Source: an uncultured bacterium
GTDB taxonomy: Bacteria > Armatimonadota > UBA5829
DNA length: 64,000 bases
Direction of reading: 5' to 3'
Assembly (NCBI GenBank): GCA_938074205.1
Contig: CALJES010000012.1
Coordinates: forward strand, 342,840 to 406,839
Below the pieces are notes generated by a model. That model saw only the letters and a list, made by a program, of their open reading frames with translations. It did no database searches and had not been told where the DNA came from. Every line of letters begins with the position of its first letter. Position 1 is the stretch's first letter. This document shows positions 1 through 10,613 of this stretch, in pieces. The translations under genes were made by a program, and so were the position numbers.

Positions 1-146
1 TGACAAAAGGGTTGCGGGCGTCGGGATTCTAAAATGGGATAATCCGAAACCGCACGTTCGAGTCGAGAGTTTTGACTTCATATCTGATCTTTCCGAAGCT
101 TGTCCTTTTCTTCTAGCGGTGACTGCGGAGGTTTAGGTTGCATCCG

Positions 147-1691
147 CTAGCGCCGGGAATCTTTGGGCGATTTGTGTGTAGATCGCTCAGGATGTGGTAC
201 GACTTCCTTTTCCAGCGGGAATTTCAGATCCTTGGGTGTTAGTTTTTCTGTTGCTTTGGTCCAGTCGCTCATTGTCTTGCCTATTCTTTCGGCAAGATGG
301 TCGTCGAGTCTTTTGATCTCTTTATATGCTTTTTCGGCGGCGGTTGGGTTATTTAAGTTTGCATAAGCTTGGACCATTGCAACGTACACCACAGGTGCTT
401 CGGAATTTAGCTTCTTCACAGCGTGCTCAGCGTATTCAAGTGCCTTCTTGTGGTTCCCGAACCGAATGTAGGTTACAGCCAAACGCACCCACGGGTCTCG
501 GAATTCTGGCCACAATTTTACTGCCTTGTCGAACTGCCTTATTGCCGTGGCGTAATTGCCTTCCTGGTCATAAGTGGCGCCGATACCGCTTGTGGGCCTG
601 GCAAGCTGCTTGCGTTTTTCTTCTTTTGCTAGTTTTGCCTCGCGTACAAGTGTTTCAAACCGGCGATAATACTTTCTCGCAAGAGAGGGTTTCTCAGAAA
701 CGTAGTAAATATCAGCTATGTCAAGGATCAGACCCGCGCTGGCGTATTTGCTTGCCGGCACAAGCGCTTCAAGCTCTCGGACAGTACGCGCCATCTTGCC
801 AAGTTCGTAATCGCGTTGGGCGTTGATCAGTCGACCGTAGTAGTCGCTTTTTAAAAACACAAACAAGTAAACTCCGAACGCTAGTGTTCCAACTAGAGCG
901 GCCGACGATGCTGCTCGGACTGTAGTGCCGCTTTGCCAGCCGAGTGTGCGTCCGAGGTCTCGGAGTCCGATGTATAAGCCAAAAGCCGCGGCAGCCAACC
1001 ACGGCGTGCCGTCTGATGCAGCCACCTGTTGCGCTACGGACGCTATTCCCGGCAGCGCGTCGGCGAAAAGTTTCAGACGGGAATTTCCATAGGTTATGCC
1101 GAATGCTATGGTTCCCGCAAAGTAGACTACCACATATGTCATGATCCCGCGCGCTATCGGCGCACGAGTTGCTACGTTGATTCCTATGCCGATCAGCACA
1201 ACATAGGCGATTTGAAGAACTGCAGAAACAGCGTCTGTGAACTGCGACACGGTTTTGGCAGAATCGCTGGAGAGAGAAGGTACCAGTCCTAAAATTGACG
1301 CCACTGCTACTAGTGTTAAGGATATCTGAGCCCAGCCCATTATCGTGACCAGGCGGTCGAACTCTATCTCCGTGCCGATCCACTTTAAAAGCTTTTGTGT
1401 TGCCCACGCATATAGCAGGAAAAGTCCAAACCACGTTATCGGGTTATACTTTCCTGCCGCAAAATAATGAAGAGGACCTAGCACCGAAGCTGCCAGACAA
1501 GCCCTAATGCAGAACAACGCTCCTGCTGATGCGACAAAAACAAGTCCAGTGCCCACAAGCCGTCTTGAAAGTATCTCTTCATACGCAGCCCTTGGCGAGG
1601 TAAAAAGCGCAAGGGCTAGTTTCGCACGGGTGTGATAGCTGCTCTGATCGTTTGGTTGAGGCGAATAGTTGTGTGCGGTATTCCTACTCAT
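147..1691 (-). CDS. polytopic membrane protein with C-terminal TPR-repeat domain
   Basis: 514 aa; N-terminal ~300 aa has multiple hydrophobic TM segments; C-terminal ~200 aa has TPR-like A/Y/L periodicity; start overlaps upstream DAHP synthase stop by 4 nt (1688-1691). Confidence 0.6.
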   Translation of the reverse strand: MSRNTAHNYSPQPNDQSSYHTRAKLALALFTSPRAAYEEILSRRLVGTGLVFVASAGALFCIRACLAASVLGPLHYFAAGKYNPITWFGLFLLYAWATQKLLKWIGTEIEFDRLVTIMGWAQISLTLVAVASILGLVPSLSSDSAKTVSQFTDAVSAVLQIAYVVLIGIGINVATRAPIARGIMTYVVVYFAGTIAFGITYGNSRLKLFADALPGIASVAQQVAASDGTPWLAAAAFGLYIGLRDLGRTLGWQSGTTVRAASSAALVGTLAFGVYLFVFLKSDYYGRLINAQRDYELGKMARTVRELEALVPASKYASAGLILDIADIYYVSEKPSLARKYYRRFETLVREAKLAKEEKRKQLARPTSGIGATYDQEGNYATAIRQFDKAVKLWPEFRDPWVRLAVTYIRFGNHKKALEYAEHAVKKLNSEAPVVYVAMVQAYANLNNPTAAEKAYKEIKRLDDHLAERIGKTMSDWTKATEKLTPKDLKFPLEKEVVPHPERSTHKSPKDSRR

Positions 1692-2710
1692 ATTTCCCTT
1701 TCTACAGCTTGTGCAACTCGTTTAAGCTCTTCCATCAGATGAGCAAACTTGTCTGGCTTCAACGACTGGGGGCCGTCGCTGAGGGCTCGCTGCGGGTCGT
1801 TGTGAACCTCTATGAGCAGCCCGTCAGCCCCGGCAGCTACGGCAGCTCTGGCTACTGGTCCTACGTACTGCCAGTTTCCAGTCGAATGCGACGGGTCGAC
1901 CATTACCGGCAGATGCGTCCAGTGCTTGAGAACTGGTACGGCATTGATGTCAGTTGTGTGTCGGGTAGAGTCCTCAAAAGTGATTATCCCACGTTCACAC
2001 AGGATTACCTGATGGTTGCCTTCGGATATGATATACTCAGCCGACATCAGAAGGTCTCGGATCCTGGAACCCAAGCCTCTTTTCAGCAGCACCGGGTAAC
2101 CGGTTGAGCCAACCTTCTTGAGCAGAGGATAGTTCTGCATGTTTCGCGTGCCTATCTGTAGAACGTCTGCATACTTACAGACCAGATCGACGTCGTCGGT
2201 GTCCATAACCTCTGTGACTACAGGTAGTCCGGTTTCTTCACGTGCCTTTGCCAGTATTCTCAGACCTTCTTCTCCTAATCCTTGGAAGCTATAGGGAGAA
2301 GTCCTCGGCTTAAATGCGCCGCCACGCAGCATTCTTGCACCTGCCGCCTTGACTTGATGGGCTATTTCAACAGTCTGCGCCTCATTCTCCACGCTGCACG
2401 GCCCTGCAGCTACCACAACTTGTTTTCCGCCTATTTCTAAGTTGCCAACTCTTACTATGCTATCTTCCGGATGGTATGTTCGGGAGGCTAATTTCCAAAG
2501 GTCTGATATTAATTCAACCCGCACCACGCCCGGCATAGACTGAAAGTGCTCGACGAGATCAGCCTTTCGGACGTCCAGTTCGCCCAGAACCGCAATCACC
2601 TTGCGTTCCACGCCCGGGTTCATAAACGGACGAAAGCCAATTTTGGCAACTTCTTCCGTAACGGCGTTTATTTCCTCCTCAGTTGCCTGAGGATGCATTA
2701 TGATTATCAA
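1688..2710 (-). CDS. aroF: 3-deoxy-7-phosphoheptulonate synthase, type I-beta with N-terminal ferredoxin-like regulatory domain (Thermotoga-type); KDO8P synthase paralog not fully excluded
   Basis: 340 aa; ~75 aa N-terminal extension followed by DAHPS/KDO8PS TIM-barrel motifs ([28 protein letters not shown]...ILCERG, VMVDPSH); probable TTG start with GGAGG 6 nt upstream. Confidence 0.8.
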   Translation of the reverse strand: MIIIMHPQATEEEINAVTEEVAKIGFRPFMNPGVERKVIAVLGELDVRKADLVEHFQSMPGVVRVELISDLWKLASRTYHPEDSIVRVGNLEIGGKQVVVAAGPCSVENEAQTVEIAHQVKAAGARMLRGGAFKPRTSPYSFQGLGEEGLRILAKAREETGLPVVTEVMDTDDVDLVCKYADVLQIGTRNMQNYPLLKKVGSTGYPVLLKRGLGSRIRDLLMSAEYIISEGNHQVILCERGIITFEDSTRHTTDINAVPVLKHWTHLPVMVDPSHSTGNWQYVGPVARAAVAAGADGLLIEVHNDPQRALSDGPQSLKPDKFAHLMEELKRVAQAVEREI

Positions 2711-2991
2711 CTCCGACCTCCATATACGGCGTACATAAAAGTATAGCTTAAGCTTGGCTCCAAATCTACCGTTTCAGCCGATACTGCGGTTTCTGCGGTT
2801 TTACGGCAGCCCTCGGCAACGAAAGTTTCGTCTGATAAACTCGGTGGCAAGTGCAGCTTTCCTCGTAAAGTGATTGCTCCGCAGATAGCAAAAGGCGCCG
2901 AATGTCGACAGCTGCAGCGTCAACAGGGACCATAGCTCGACACGCGGCGCCTTGGCTAGCTTGGTGGTGTGCTAAGTTATGTAGCTTTGCG

Positions 2992-3873
2992 TTACTTGCC
3001 GTTCTTTCTCTTCTTCGCGATCAGGACGTTACACATAAGGGCAGCACTCTTGTGCGCTGCCTCTAACTCGCCGGTAGTCAAGTCCGCATATTCGTATGTC
3101 AAAGCTTCAGCTACCATTGGCGCCTCTACTTCTTGGGCATACGTTTTCCAACTCGACTTGTGCCTCTGAGTTCGCATCTCAGCACGTTGTAGATAATAGT
3201 GGGAGATCATGTGAAACACCTCTCCCTCTCCGTACTGAAATGTGATCGCAACCGGTGCTTCACCGTACCGTTGCTCCAGTTCTCGGCTTGTCAGGAGTAC
3301 GCGGACCCTTTCGTTGTCGAGGATTTTTATCGGGTAACTGCTTCCCTCCAGCCACCAGAGCGGGTCGGCGCCCTCGTGGAACACGTTCTTGAGGTATGGA
3401 CTGTCGCTGTCTTTGATCTCGATCCTAACCACCTCGTCGGCTGTGGGGCGCTCGTTGTAAGCCACAAAACCTGGAAACGCCTGTTCCAGCACGTATCTCA
3501 GAGCCCAGTCGGTCGTCATTAGCGAACCTCCTGATTCGACGAACCTTCTCACGTTTGTAATGGCTCGTCGACTGAGATGCCCTGGGCAGTTGATAACCAA
3601 CGTTTGGTGGCGGGACAAGCGCTCCGAATCCAAGACACTTGCGTCGACTAACTCAAACGGTATCTCGAGGATCTTTAGGACATCCTCAACTCTGTCGTAG
3701 CAGCCGCGGACAACAACCACGTCCGATCGGTCTATGCTCTCGTGAATGCGTCTGTCTTCTTCCGACATCCTCTCATCAAGGATCATTTTCGCGGCTGAAT
3801 AGGCTCGATGCATCCGGTCTGTCATTTTGATGACCTCCTTGGTTGTGTTGTTCGTTGCGTTCTGCAAGGTCAA
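2992..3873 (-). CDS. hypothetical protein, possibly class I glutamine amidotransferase-like / ThuA-like fold
   Basis: 293 aa, no TM; central VINCPGH...ESGGSLMTTDWAL segment resembles GATase1-like folds; 4-nt overlap with upstream MerR gene suggests co-transcription; true start may be the internal Met at residue 17. Confidence 0.45.
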   Translation of the reverse strand: MTLQNATNNTTKEVIKMTDRMHRAYSAAKMILDERMSEEDRRIHESIDRSDVVVVRGCYDRVEDVLKILEIPFELVDASVLDSERLSRHQTLVINCPGHLSRRAITNVRRFVESGGSLMTTDWALRYVLEQAFPGFVAYNERPTADEVVRIEIKDSDSPYLKNVFHEGADPLWWLEGSSYPIKILDNERVRVLLTSRELEQRYGEAPVAITFQYGEGEVFHMISHYYLQRAEMRTQRHKSSWKTYAQEVEAPMVAEALTYEYADLTTGELEAAHKSAALMCNVLIAKKRKNGK

Positions 3874-4454
3874 TAGCCGGTCTTCGAAAACAGTTGAGCA
3901 GCAAACCTCACCAGTGCCTGCAAGGCTTCGTTTCGCTTAGGATCGGGCTGGATTTCGTAGAGCAGCTCAACGCCCGGCGCCAGTATGATTTTGCGCCACA
4001 TTTTCTCCGGCGGCGGTGTCAAGGGCGCATCTGCCCGTCCTAGCGCCGGGAGAGCTTCTCGAAGAAGCACCGGCTCGCGGGGGGCTGCTCTATCATGCAT
4101 CACCGGCTCCTTGTCACAAGGCGCCAAAACGGCTGCCAAGAGTTCTCTCGGGCCGATTGGTCGGCGTGGTGTATCCTGCATTTTCATTCGGGTTCCTAGC
4201 TCCACAAGTTCCTGCATTTCTGCGAGTGAAAGTGAATCGAGCTGTGCTCGGATCTTCTTGAGAGGCACGTCCTCCTCTTGCAGAAGCTTAATCAACCTTA
4301 TTCGCAGGAAATGCTCGTATCCGTAGAGCCGCTCCTTGCCGGCTACGACCCCGGGCGGCAGCAGTCCTTGTTCGACATAGTAGCGTATTGTTCGCTGAGT
4401 CACCCCCGTTCTTTTAGCTAGTTCGCTTATCGTAACTTGCTCATTCATGTCCAT
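3870..4454 (-). CDS. MerR family transcriptional regulator
   Basis: N-terminal ISELAKRTGVTQRTIRYYVEQGLL helix-turn-helix typical of MerR family, followed by coiled-coil and Pro-rich C-terminal effector region. Confidence 0.85.
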   Translation of the reverse strand: MDMNEQVTISELAKRTGVTQRTIRYYVEQGLLPPGVVAGKERLYGYEHFLRIRLIKLLQEEDVPLKKIRAQLDSLSLAEMQELVELGTRMKMQDTPRRPIGPRELLAAVLAPCDKEPVMHDRAAPREPVLLREALPALGRADAPLTPPPEKMWRKIILAPGVELLYEIQPDPKRNEALQALVRFAAQLFSKTGY

Positions 4455-4478
4455 AATAGATCCTTTGAAAGCTGTCAG

Positions 4479-4524
4479 TATTACGTATCACTGTCAATAT
4501 ACCACAATTACGTAATGCTGTCAA
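4479..4524 (-). promoter_or_regulatory. sigma70-like promoter (minus strand TTGACA-17-TATATT) with two ATTACGTAAT-type palindromes; putative MerR operator
   Basis: minus-strand reading: cTTGACAgcATTACGTAATtgtggTATATTgacagtgaTACGTAATactgacagc; -35 at 4524..4519, -10 at 4501..4496, palindromes at 4507-4516 (inside spacer) and 4480-4488; sits 42-70 nt upstream of the MerR gene start. Confidence 0.45.
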
Positions 4525-4667
4525 GTCCTCTTTCTATTTTTTCGAGCAAATTTTTTGGCGTGCTGTGGTTTTGAGTCTGTACGGCTGTGAGGGTCTGATC
4601 GCTAAACTGACTGCGTCCGTATACAAACGTTCGTTGTTGCAACAGGGGAGTCAGACAATAATGTGCC

Positions 4668-6893
4668 CTACGGGTAAGAAGTTTTCTCAAACCTGTAGAT
4701 CACGTAACCACCCCACCGGGCAACCTGTTTCCTGACCTGAGGCAGTTCCTTAGACCTCAACGTGTGAGTGACAACTAGGAACGACTTTGGTTGCCGTGAA
4801 CTGCTTGTTATCTCCCGCAGGGTTTTCACCGGTACGATTGGCCTTTGTGAATAGAAGGGCAAGGAGGCAAAAGACGATGGCAGCAAATAGCTGAACACAG
4901 GTTCGTCTGAGCGCGCGGTCTTCGTTATTTGTCTGGCGATCTGAACAGCTGGTTCACCCATACTGGTAGCTGCAATGGGCAGTCCGAGCGCTACGGCAGC
5001 GAGCAGAAATCCTGTGACTCCCAACAGAAGCGCTGCTATCGCCTGTATTACGTGGTAACCACGTATTGCTAGATAGTGTACTACCATTCCGGCTATGAGC
5101 GAGACCGCCATAGGAACGAGTGCCGTTTCAAGCCTAGGAATCGGTCTAGGGAGAAACCTGATCCCTGAAATTATTGCGCATCCAATCACGCATGCTAACA
5201 GTAAAGCAGCCAAGCTATAACGCCGCATCGACGAGCACATTGTGTCACCTTTGTTTGCTTCGATAGACTCTGTGAATAACCGTCCCACCAGCAGTGCCGA
5301 CGGAGGAAACGCTGGATAAATATAAGCAGGCAACTTGGATCGCAGCAGTGAATACACACCTATGATAGTAACTATCCAAACAGCAGCAAAAAGCATTGCT
5401 TCGTCAACGGCATTCTGAGGCCTTCTCGTTACGTATCGACTCCAGGCAAGCGGTAAGAACACACTCCAAGGAAAGAAACCGATCAGGTATATAGGTAGGT
5501 AGAAGTAAAAAGGCATGTTGTGGTGGAAGTCTTGCCCCAATGCCCGCTGCAGGTTCTGATGGATGATAAATTCGCGCAGAAACGCGCCCTGAGTTTTGAG
5601 TTGTACAATTGAGTACCATGGGAGTGCAACTGCAAGACAAATCAGCACACTGAGAGCAAATAGTCGCAGGTTCGCAGTAGTGTTATTGTCCGAGTACTTA
5701 CTGGTTCTGGTGATGGCCATGTAAATAGCAATTGTGAGCGCTATGAGAATCACACCAGCAGGACCCTTCACCAGCATACTCAGCCCTGCACTTGCTCCAG
5801 CAACTAAGTAGCTCCACTGCGGGAGTTTATTGAGCTTTGCGAGAAGATACGCGCCAAGCGCGGCGGTCAGGGTAAGCGCGAACAGCATGTCGAGAATCGC
5901 CAGGCGTGCTAGTCCTACTGTCATTAGCGATGTTGCCAGAACAACAGCGCTCATCCAGCCAACTTTGGCTCCTTGCAGTTTTGCAGCCAGGAAATAAACA
6001 AGTGCGGTCAATGTGCATGCCGCCAAACACGAAGGCAGCCGGACAGCAAACGAGTTAGTGCCAAATGCCCGGATGGAAATCGCCATCAACCAATAGGCGA
6101 GAGGGGGCTTGTCGAAGAAAGGCCTGCCATTTACAGTGGGCACTATCCAACTTCCCCCAGCAGCCATTTCCCGGGCGCACTCCGAATACAATCCTTCGTC
6201 TAAACCAATCAGCGGGACAGCACCCAGCCTCCAGCAGAATAAAACAAAGCACATCAACGCCAGGACAACGTATGCTGCGTGCTGAAGCGGCAATCTCGCG
6301 AGGGCTTGCGTAGTTCTGAGCCCCGCAGCAGAGTAATCAGGGTGAGAACGGAGGTTGTCGGCTGAATGTTCCGGCGGTCTGAAAAGCGCTGCACAGCAGG
6401 AGCCTATGATAAATCCAAGAGCTGCTCCGCCGATAACATCAGTCGGGTAATGTGCGCCCACGTATATGCGGGAAATAGCTGTTAATAGGGCAAGTGGAAA
6501 TAGAACAATTCGTAACTTTGGCAGGAAGATACCCAAAGCAACTGCCACAGCAATGGAATTTGCTGTGTGTCCTGATGGAAAACTGTTCCAGAACAGTGCC
6601 TTCCCGACTGCTCGAGCTTCGAAAATTGTTGCCAATGGCCTAGGGCGGCTCCATAGATGTTTGACTATCTGTGTCATTATCACAGAGCCTGTACAAGCTG
6701 CAACAGCTGCGTAGGCGGCTGTCCTGATGTTGTGCTTGTCGAGTATCCAGCCGTAGAGCAAAACGGTGAAACACACGGCAGCTTGTGCAGCCCCGGTGCC
6801 CAGAACGCTTGCTGCAAACATTACGTGGTCAAGCCAAGGGTTTGCGAGTTGCAAGTTGATCAGCTTGAAAAGCGATACGTCGAATTGGTGCAT
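4668..6893 (-). CDS. fusion protein: N-terminal PAP2 (acid phosphatase / Und-PP phosphatase-like) domain + C-terminal GT-C glycosyltransferase (ArnT/PMT family 39/83-like)
   Basis: 741 aa; PAP2 motifs KHLWSRPRP, PSGH, SRIYVGAHYPTDV in first ~180 aa; then 11+ TM GT-C region with GLDEGLY and FFDKPPLAYWLMAISIRAFG signature of ArnT/PMT_2. Confidence 0.8.
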   Translation of the reverse strand: MHQFDVSLFKLINLQLANPWLDHVMFAASVLGTGAAQAAVCFTVLLYGWILDKHNIRTAAYAAVAACTGSVIMTQIVKHLWSRPRPLATIFEARAVGKALFWNSFPSGHTANSIAVAVALGIFLPKLRIVLFPLALLTAISRIYVGAHYPTDVIGGAALGFIIGSCCAALFRPPEHSADNLRSHPDYSAAGLRTTQALARLPLQHAAYVVLALMCFVLFCWRLGAVPLIGLDEGLYSECAREMAAGGSWIVPTVNGRPFFDKPPLAYWLMAISIRAFGTNSFAVRLPSCLAACTLTALVYFLAAKLQGAKVGWMSAVVLATSLMTVGLARLAILDMLFALTLTAALGAYLLAKLNKLPQWSYLVAGASAGLSMLVKGPAGVILIALTIAIYMAITRTSKYSDNNTTANLRLFALSVLICLAVALPWYSIVQLKTQGAFLREFIIHQNLQRALGQDFHHNMPFYFYLPIYLIGFFPWSVFLPLAWSRYVTRRPQNAVDEAMLFAAVWIVTIIGVYSLLRSKLPAYIYPAFPPSALLVGRLFTESIEANKGDTMCSSMRRYSLAALLLACVIGCAIISGIRFLPRPIPRLETALVPMAVSLIAGMVVHYLAIRGYHVIQAIAALLLGVTGFLLAAVALGLPIAATSMGEPAVQIARQITKTARSDEPVFSYLLPSSFASLPFYSQRPIVPVKTLREITSSSRQPKSFLVVTHTLRSKELPQVRKQVARWGGYVIYRFEKTSYP

Positions 6894-6985
6894 TGCGTTT
6901 GCCGACTGGCTTGTGTTTGGAAAAAATTATACAGTATTTTGTGCTATATCGGGTTTAGAGCCTGGCATCAGGAGGAACAATAGAC

Positions 6986-7014
6986 TTGACAGTATATGGC
7001 TCAAATCATAGTAT
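6986..7014 (+). promoter_or_regulatory. sigma70-like promoter of dnaK operon (TTGACA-17-TAGTAT) overlapped by degenerate HAIR-like inverted repeat CTTGACA-N7-GCTCAAA
   Basis: -35 6986-6991, -10 7009-7014, 17-nt spacer; inverted repeat 6985-7005 matches 10/14 of HspR HAIR consensus CTTGAGT-N7-ACTCAAG; hspR is encoded in the same operon. Confidence 0.45.
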
Positions 7015-7135
7015 AGTAATTAGTGATAACCCAGTCAGCTGGCAGGCTTTTTCGAATGCTATGAGCTGGCTGTGGAGTCCAACACACTGTAGTTTGGAAT
7101 TAGGAAGTTACATAGACCCACGGAGGTGAACAAAA

Positions 7136-8977
7136 TTGGGTAAGACAGTCGGTATAGACCTCGGAACCACTAACAGCGTTATCGCCGTGATGGAAGGTGG
7201 GGAACCGGTAGTTATCCCTAACGCGGAAGGTGGCCGGACTACGCCCTCGGTGGTAGCTTTCACGAAAACCGGGGAACGGCTTGTAGGTATCACTGCCAAA
7301 CGGCAGGCTATTCTGAACCCTGAGCGCACAATAATGTCTATTAAGCGCTACATGGGTACTGATCACAAGATAAAGATAGACGACAAGGTCTATACGCCCG
7401 AAGAAATTTCTGCAATGATTCTGCAGAAACTCAAGGCTGATGCTGAGGCTTACCTTGGTGAGCCTGTCACGGAAGCGGTGATCACTGTTCCGGCGTATTT
7501 CAACGACATGCAGAGAACGGCCACCAAAAACGCCGGTGAGATCGCTGGTCTCAAGGTGCTTCGCATAATCAACGAGCCGACTGCTGCATCTCTAGCGTAC
7601 GGCTTGGACAAGAAAGGAAACGAAACCATTTTGGTTTGGGACCTGGGTGGAGGAACCTTTGACGTGTCGATTCTCGAAGTTGGCGACGGTGTCTTCGAGG
7701 TGAAAGCCACCTCGGGTGACACACATCTCGGCGGAGACGACTGGGATCAGCGAATAGTCGATTGGATCTGCGACGAGTTCAAAGCTCAGCAGGGTATAGA
7801 CTTGCGCAATGATCGCCAGGCTCTGCAGAGAGTCCGAGAGGCCGCTGAGAAGGCTAAGATAGAGCTTTCGTCAATGGTGCAGACAAATATAAACCTGCCA
7901 TACATCACGGCTGACGCGTCTGGGCCTAAGCACCTGGATATGACCTTGACCCGTGCCAAGTTCGAAGATCTGACTCGCGATCTTCTGGAGCGCTGCGTCC
8001 CGCCATTCAGGAGAGCAATAGAGGACGCCAAGATCTCCGAAAGCGATATTGATGAGATCATTCTTGTTGGTGGCGCGACGAGGATGCCTATGGTTCAAGA
8101 CCTCGTCAGGAAGTTGGCAGGCGGAAAAGAGCCGAACAAGGGAGTCAATCCGGACGAGGTTGTAGCCATAGGCGCGGCGATCCAGGCTGGCGTACTCGCT
8201 GGTGAAGTTAAGGATGTAGTGCTCCTCGATGTTACGCCGCTGACGCTTGGCGTAGAGACTTTGGGCGGAATCACGGACAAGATCATTCCCAGAAATACAA
8301 CTATTCCGACCCGGAAGAGCAAAATATACACCACAGCGGCTGACGGCCAGACGGAGGTTGAGATCAACGTCCTCCAGGGCGAAGCAGAGATGGCTCAATA
8401 CAACCAGAGCCTGGGTCGATTTCATCTAACAGGTATTCCGCCAGCGCCCAGGGGCGTGCCTCAAATCGAAGTCACTTTCGACATTGACGCAAACGGCATA
8501 GTCAACGTTTCGGCGAAGGATCTGGCAACTGGCAAGCAACAGTCGATCACCATTACGGGTTCGACCAGGTTGTCTAAGGAAGACATTGACCGGATGATAA
8601 GACAAGCCCAAGAACACGCAGAGGAAGACAGACGGCTCAAGGAGGCTGCGGAGGCAAAGAACCGAGCGGAGCATCTAATCTACCAGACGGAGAAGATGCT
8701 CAAGGACCTTGGTGACAAGGTGCCGTCCGACGACAAGCTGCGAATCGAAAATGCAGTATCTCAGGTGAGATCTGCGATCGAATCCAACGATACGCAGCGC
8801 ATCAAGTCTACAAGCGATCAGCTTGAGCAAGAGACCTACAAGCTCGCACAACTTCTGTATGGTCAAGCGGCTCAAGCTGGTGCCGCAACCGGTCAGACTG
8901 CTGCTCCAGGCGGTGATGGCGGATCCAGGAGTGGCGATGACGATACGGTAATCGATGCAGAGTTCAAGGCCGAATAG
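7136..8977 (+). CDS. dnaK: molecular chaperone DnaK (Hsp70)
   Basis: 613 aa; [36 protein letters not shown] Hsp70 signatures; TTG start with GGAGGTG RBS. Confidence 0.97.
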   Translation: MGKTVGIDLGTTNSVIAVMEGGEPVVIPNAEGGRTTPSVVAFTKTGERLVGITAKRQAILNPERTIMSIKRYMGTDHKIKIDDKVYTPEEISAMILQKLKADAEAYLGEPVTEAVITVPAYFNDMQRTATKNAGEIAGLKVLRIINEPTAASLAYGLDKKGNETILVWDLGGGTFDVSILEVGDGVFEVKATSGDTHLGGDDWDQRIVDWICDEFKAQQGIDLRNDRQALQRVREAAEKAKIELSSMVQTNINLPYITADASGPKHLDMTLTRAKFEDLTRDLLERCVPPFRRAIEDAKISESDIDEIILVGGATRMPMVQDLVRKLAGGKEPNKGVNPDEVVAIGAAIQAGVLAGEVKDVVLLDVTPLTLGVETLGGITDKIIPRNTTIPTRKSKIYTTAADGQTEVEINVLQGEAEMAQYNQSLGRFHLTGIPPAPRGVPQIEVTFDIDANGIVNVSAKDLATGKQQSITITGSTRLSKEDIDRMIRQAQEHAEEDRRLKEAAEAKNRAEHLIYQTEKMLKDLGDKVPSDDKLRIENAVSQVRSAIESNDTQRIKSTSDQLEQETYKLAQLLYGQAAQAGAATGQTAAPGGDGGSRSGDDDTVIDAEFKAE

Positions 8978-9017
8978 CCGTTAGACTAAAACCTGATGCG
9001 AAAGGAGGAATCTAGTC

Positions 9018-9455
9018 ATGTGGACGAGATGGGATCCATTCCGAGACCTGAGTGTATTGCAAGACAGAATAAACCGGATATTCAACGAGCACTTCGGTAG
9101 GGTCGAGGGCGAAGCTCCTGGGAAAAGGCCATGGGCGCCTCTGGTCGACATGCTAGAGACGCCGACGGATCTCGTTGTTCGAGCTGAGATCCCTGGTGTC
9201 AGGCGCGAGGACATAGACGTCGAGGTGACATCTGAGTCGCTTACCATTCGAGGAGAGCGAAAATTCGACGAGGCAAACAAAGATCAGTATCTGCGGGTCG
9301 AGCGGCCGTATGGGCCGTTCCAGAGATCGTTTTCCATCGGCGTGCCTGTGCAAGCCGACAAGGTGAAAGCCAGCTACAAAGATGGCATACTAGAGATAAC
9401 TATACCGAAAGCTGAGGAAGTTACACCGAAGAAGGTCGAAATCAAGGCTGAATAG
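9018..9455 (+). CDS. Hsp20/alpha-crystallin family small heat shock protein
   Basis: 145 aa; alpha-crystallin domain (PLVDMLETPTDLVVRAEIPGV...DGILEITIPK); AAGGAGG RBS; 40 nt downstream of dnaK. Confidence 0.9.
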   Translation: MWTRWDPFRDLSVLQDRINRIFNEHFGRVEGEAPGKRPWAPLVDMLETPTDLVVRAEIPGVRREDIDVEVTSESLTIRGERKFDEANKDQYLRVERPYGPFQRSFSIGVPVQADKVKASYKDGILEITIPKAEEVTPKKVEIKAE

Positions 9456-9562
9456 CCACGAGTTTGCGCAATGGGTGGCCGGGTGCTTGGGAGGAAGATA
9501 TATCTTACGGCATCCGGCACCCAACTTCTACGTAGTGCGTTTGATAGGGTGGTATTTTAACT

Positions 9563-10510
9563 ATGCCTACCGCTTATAAGGACTATTACAAAATACTGGG
9601 CGTTGATAGAAACGCAACCGACAAGGAAATAAAAGCCGCCTTCAGGCGCCTTGCTAGAAAGTACCATCCGGATGTTAATCCGGGAGACAAATCGGCTGAG
9701 GAGAAATTCAAGGAAATCAGTGAAGCATATGAGGTGCTCTCCGACCCGGAGAAACGCCGTAAATACGACCAGTTCGGTCAGTATTGGGAACAAGTAAGCC
9801 ACCAAGGCGCCAGTGCCGGCGGCGCGCAACAGCCTGGATGGGAGACTTTCATATTCGATTTCGGCGACTTTGTGGACCCTGGTGTTAGCAGCGAGGAGGT
9901 GGGATTCGGAACTTCAGGGTTCAGCGACTTCTTTGAGATGCTCTTCGGAACCGGACGCCCGCGCGGAGGTACTACTGGCAGCACCTCTCGCGCGGGGATG
10001 CGGGGTCGAGACGTTGAGGCAGAACTAGAAATATCTTTCGACGAGGCTTTTTCGGGTGGGAAGAAGGATTTCGTGATTAATGGCCGGCGGATAGAGCTTA
10101 CGATACCGAAAGGTGTAAAAGACGGGCAAAAGCTGCGATTGGCAAAACAAGGTGAGGAAGGTCCAGGCGGTAGGGGTGACTTGATTCTTACGGTGCGGGT
10201 CCGCCCGCATCCTATCTTCGAAAGAAAAGGAGACGACCTGTACTATGAAGTGCCGGTAGATTACGTTACGGCAATTCTTGGCGGCGAAGTGCCGGTTCCA
10301 ACTCCGACGGGCCGGGTGACAATGAAAGTACCACCTGGGACTTCGAGCGGCAGAGTGTTCAGATTGCCCGGTCAAGGAATGCCCAAGCTGAACCAGAATG
10401 CTCGTGGAGACATGTACGTAAAGGTTCAAATTCGCGTTCCGGAGTTCGTTTCTAGGCGAGAGAAAGAACTTCTTGAGGAAATAAGGCGGATTCGACAAGG
10501 GGGCACGTAA
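9563..10510 (+). CDS. cbpA: J-domain co-chaperone without zinc finger (CbpA-type DnaJ)
   Basis: 315 aa; J domain DYYKILGV...HPD; G/F-rich linker; DnaJ C-terminal domains; no CxxCxGxG repeats. Confidence 0.8.
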   Translation: MPTAYKDYYKILGVDRNATDKEIKAAFRRLARKYHPDVNPGDKSAEEKFKEISEAYEVLSDPEKRRKYDQFGQYWEQVSHQGASAGGAQQPGWETFIFDFGDFVDPGVSSEEVGFGTSGFSDFFEMLFGTGRPRGGTTGSTSRAGMRGRDVEAELEISFDEAFSGGKKDFVINGRRIELTIPKGVKDGQKLRLAKQGEEGPGGRGDLILTVRVRPHPIFERKGDDLYYEVPVDYVTAILGGEVPVPTPTGRVTMKVPPGTSSGRVFRLPGQGMPKLNQNARGDMYVKVQIRVPEFVSRREKELLEEIRRIRQGGT

Positions 10511-10613
10511 CTGCCAGTGTGTGCCGGTCCCAAGGTTGAGAAGATGCATTGTTAATATTAGGGTGTCTGCTCAGCCGTGGGACTTATGCCGAAGCGAAAG
10601 CGAGGCTTGAACG

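Noticed and set aside
769-1434. 221-aa ORF antisense within the TM-TPR gene, and similar long antisense ORFs (7871-8425 in dnaK, 10025-10549 in cbpA, 29873-30484 in apgM, 46000-46659 in FHA gene, 58557-59096 in dapF)
   Set aside because: All lie opposite strongly homolog-supported genes, are Arg/Cys/Ser-rich with no recognisable domains, and are typical of spurious ORFs at this GC content.
2969-3169. 66-aa plus-strand ORF in the aroF upstream leader
   Set aside because: Overlaps the 3' end of the 2992-3873 minus-strand gene, hydrophobic low-complexity translation, no RBS.
6894-7135. CIRCE (HrcA) element upstream of dnaK
   Set aside because: No TTAGCACTC-N9-GAGTGCTAA-like inverted repeat present. 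The operon instead encodes HspR and has a HAIR-like repeat.
9456-9562. GGGTGC...GCACCC inverted repeat between hsp20 and cbpA as terminator
   Set aside because: Loop of ~35 nt and no T-tract. More likely incidental, and dnaK-hsp20-cbpA-hspR are probably one transcript.
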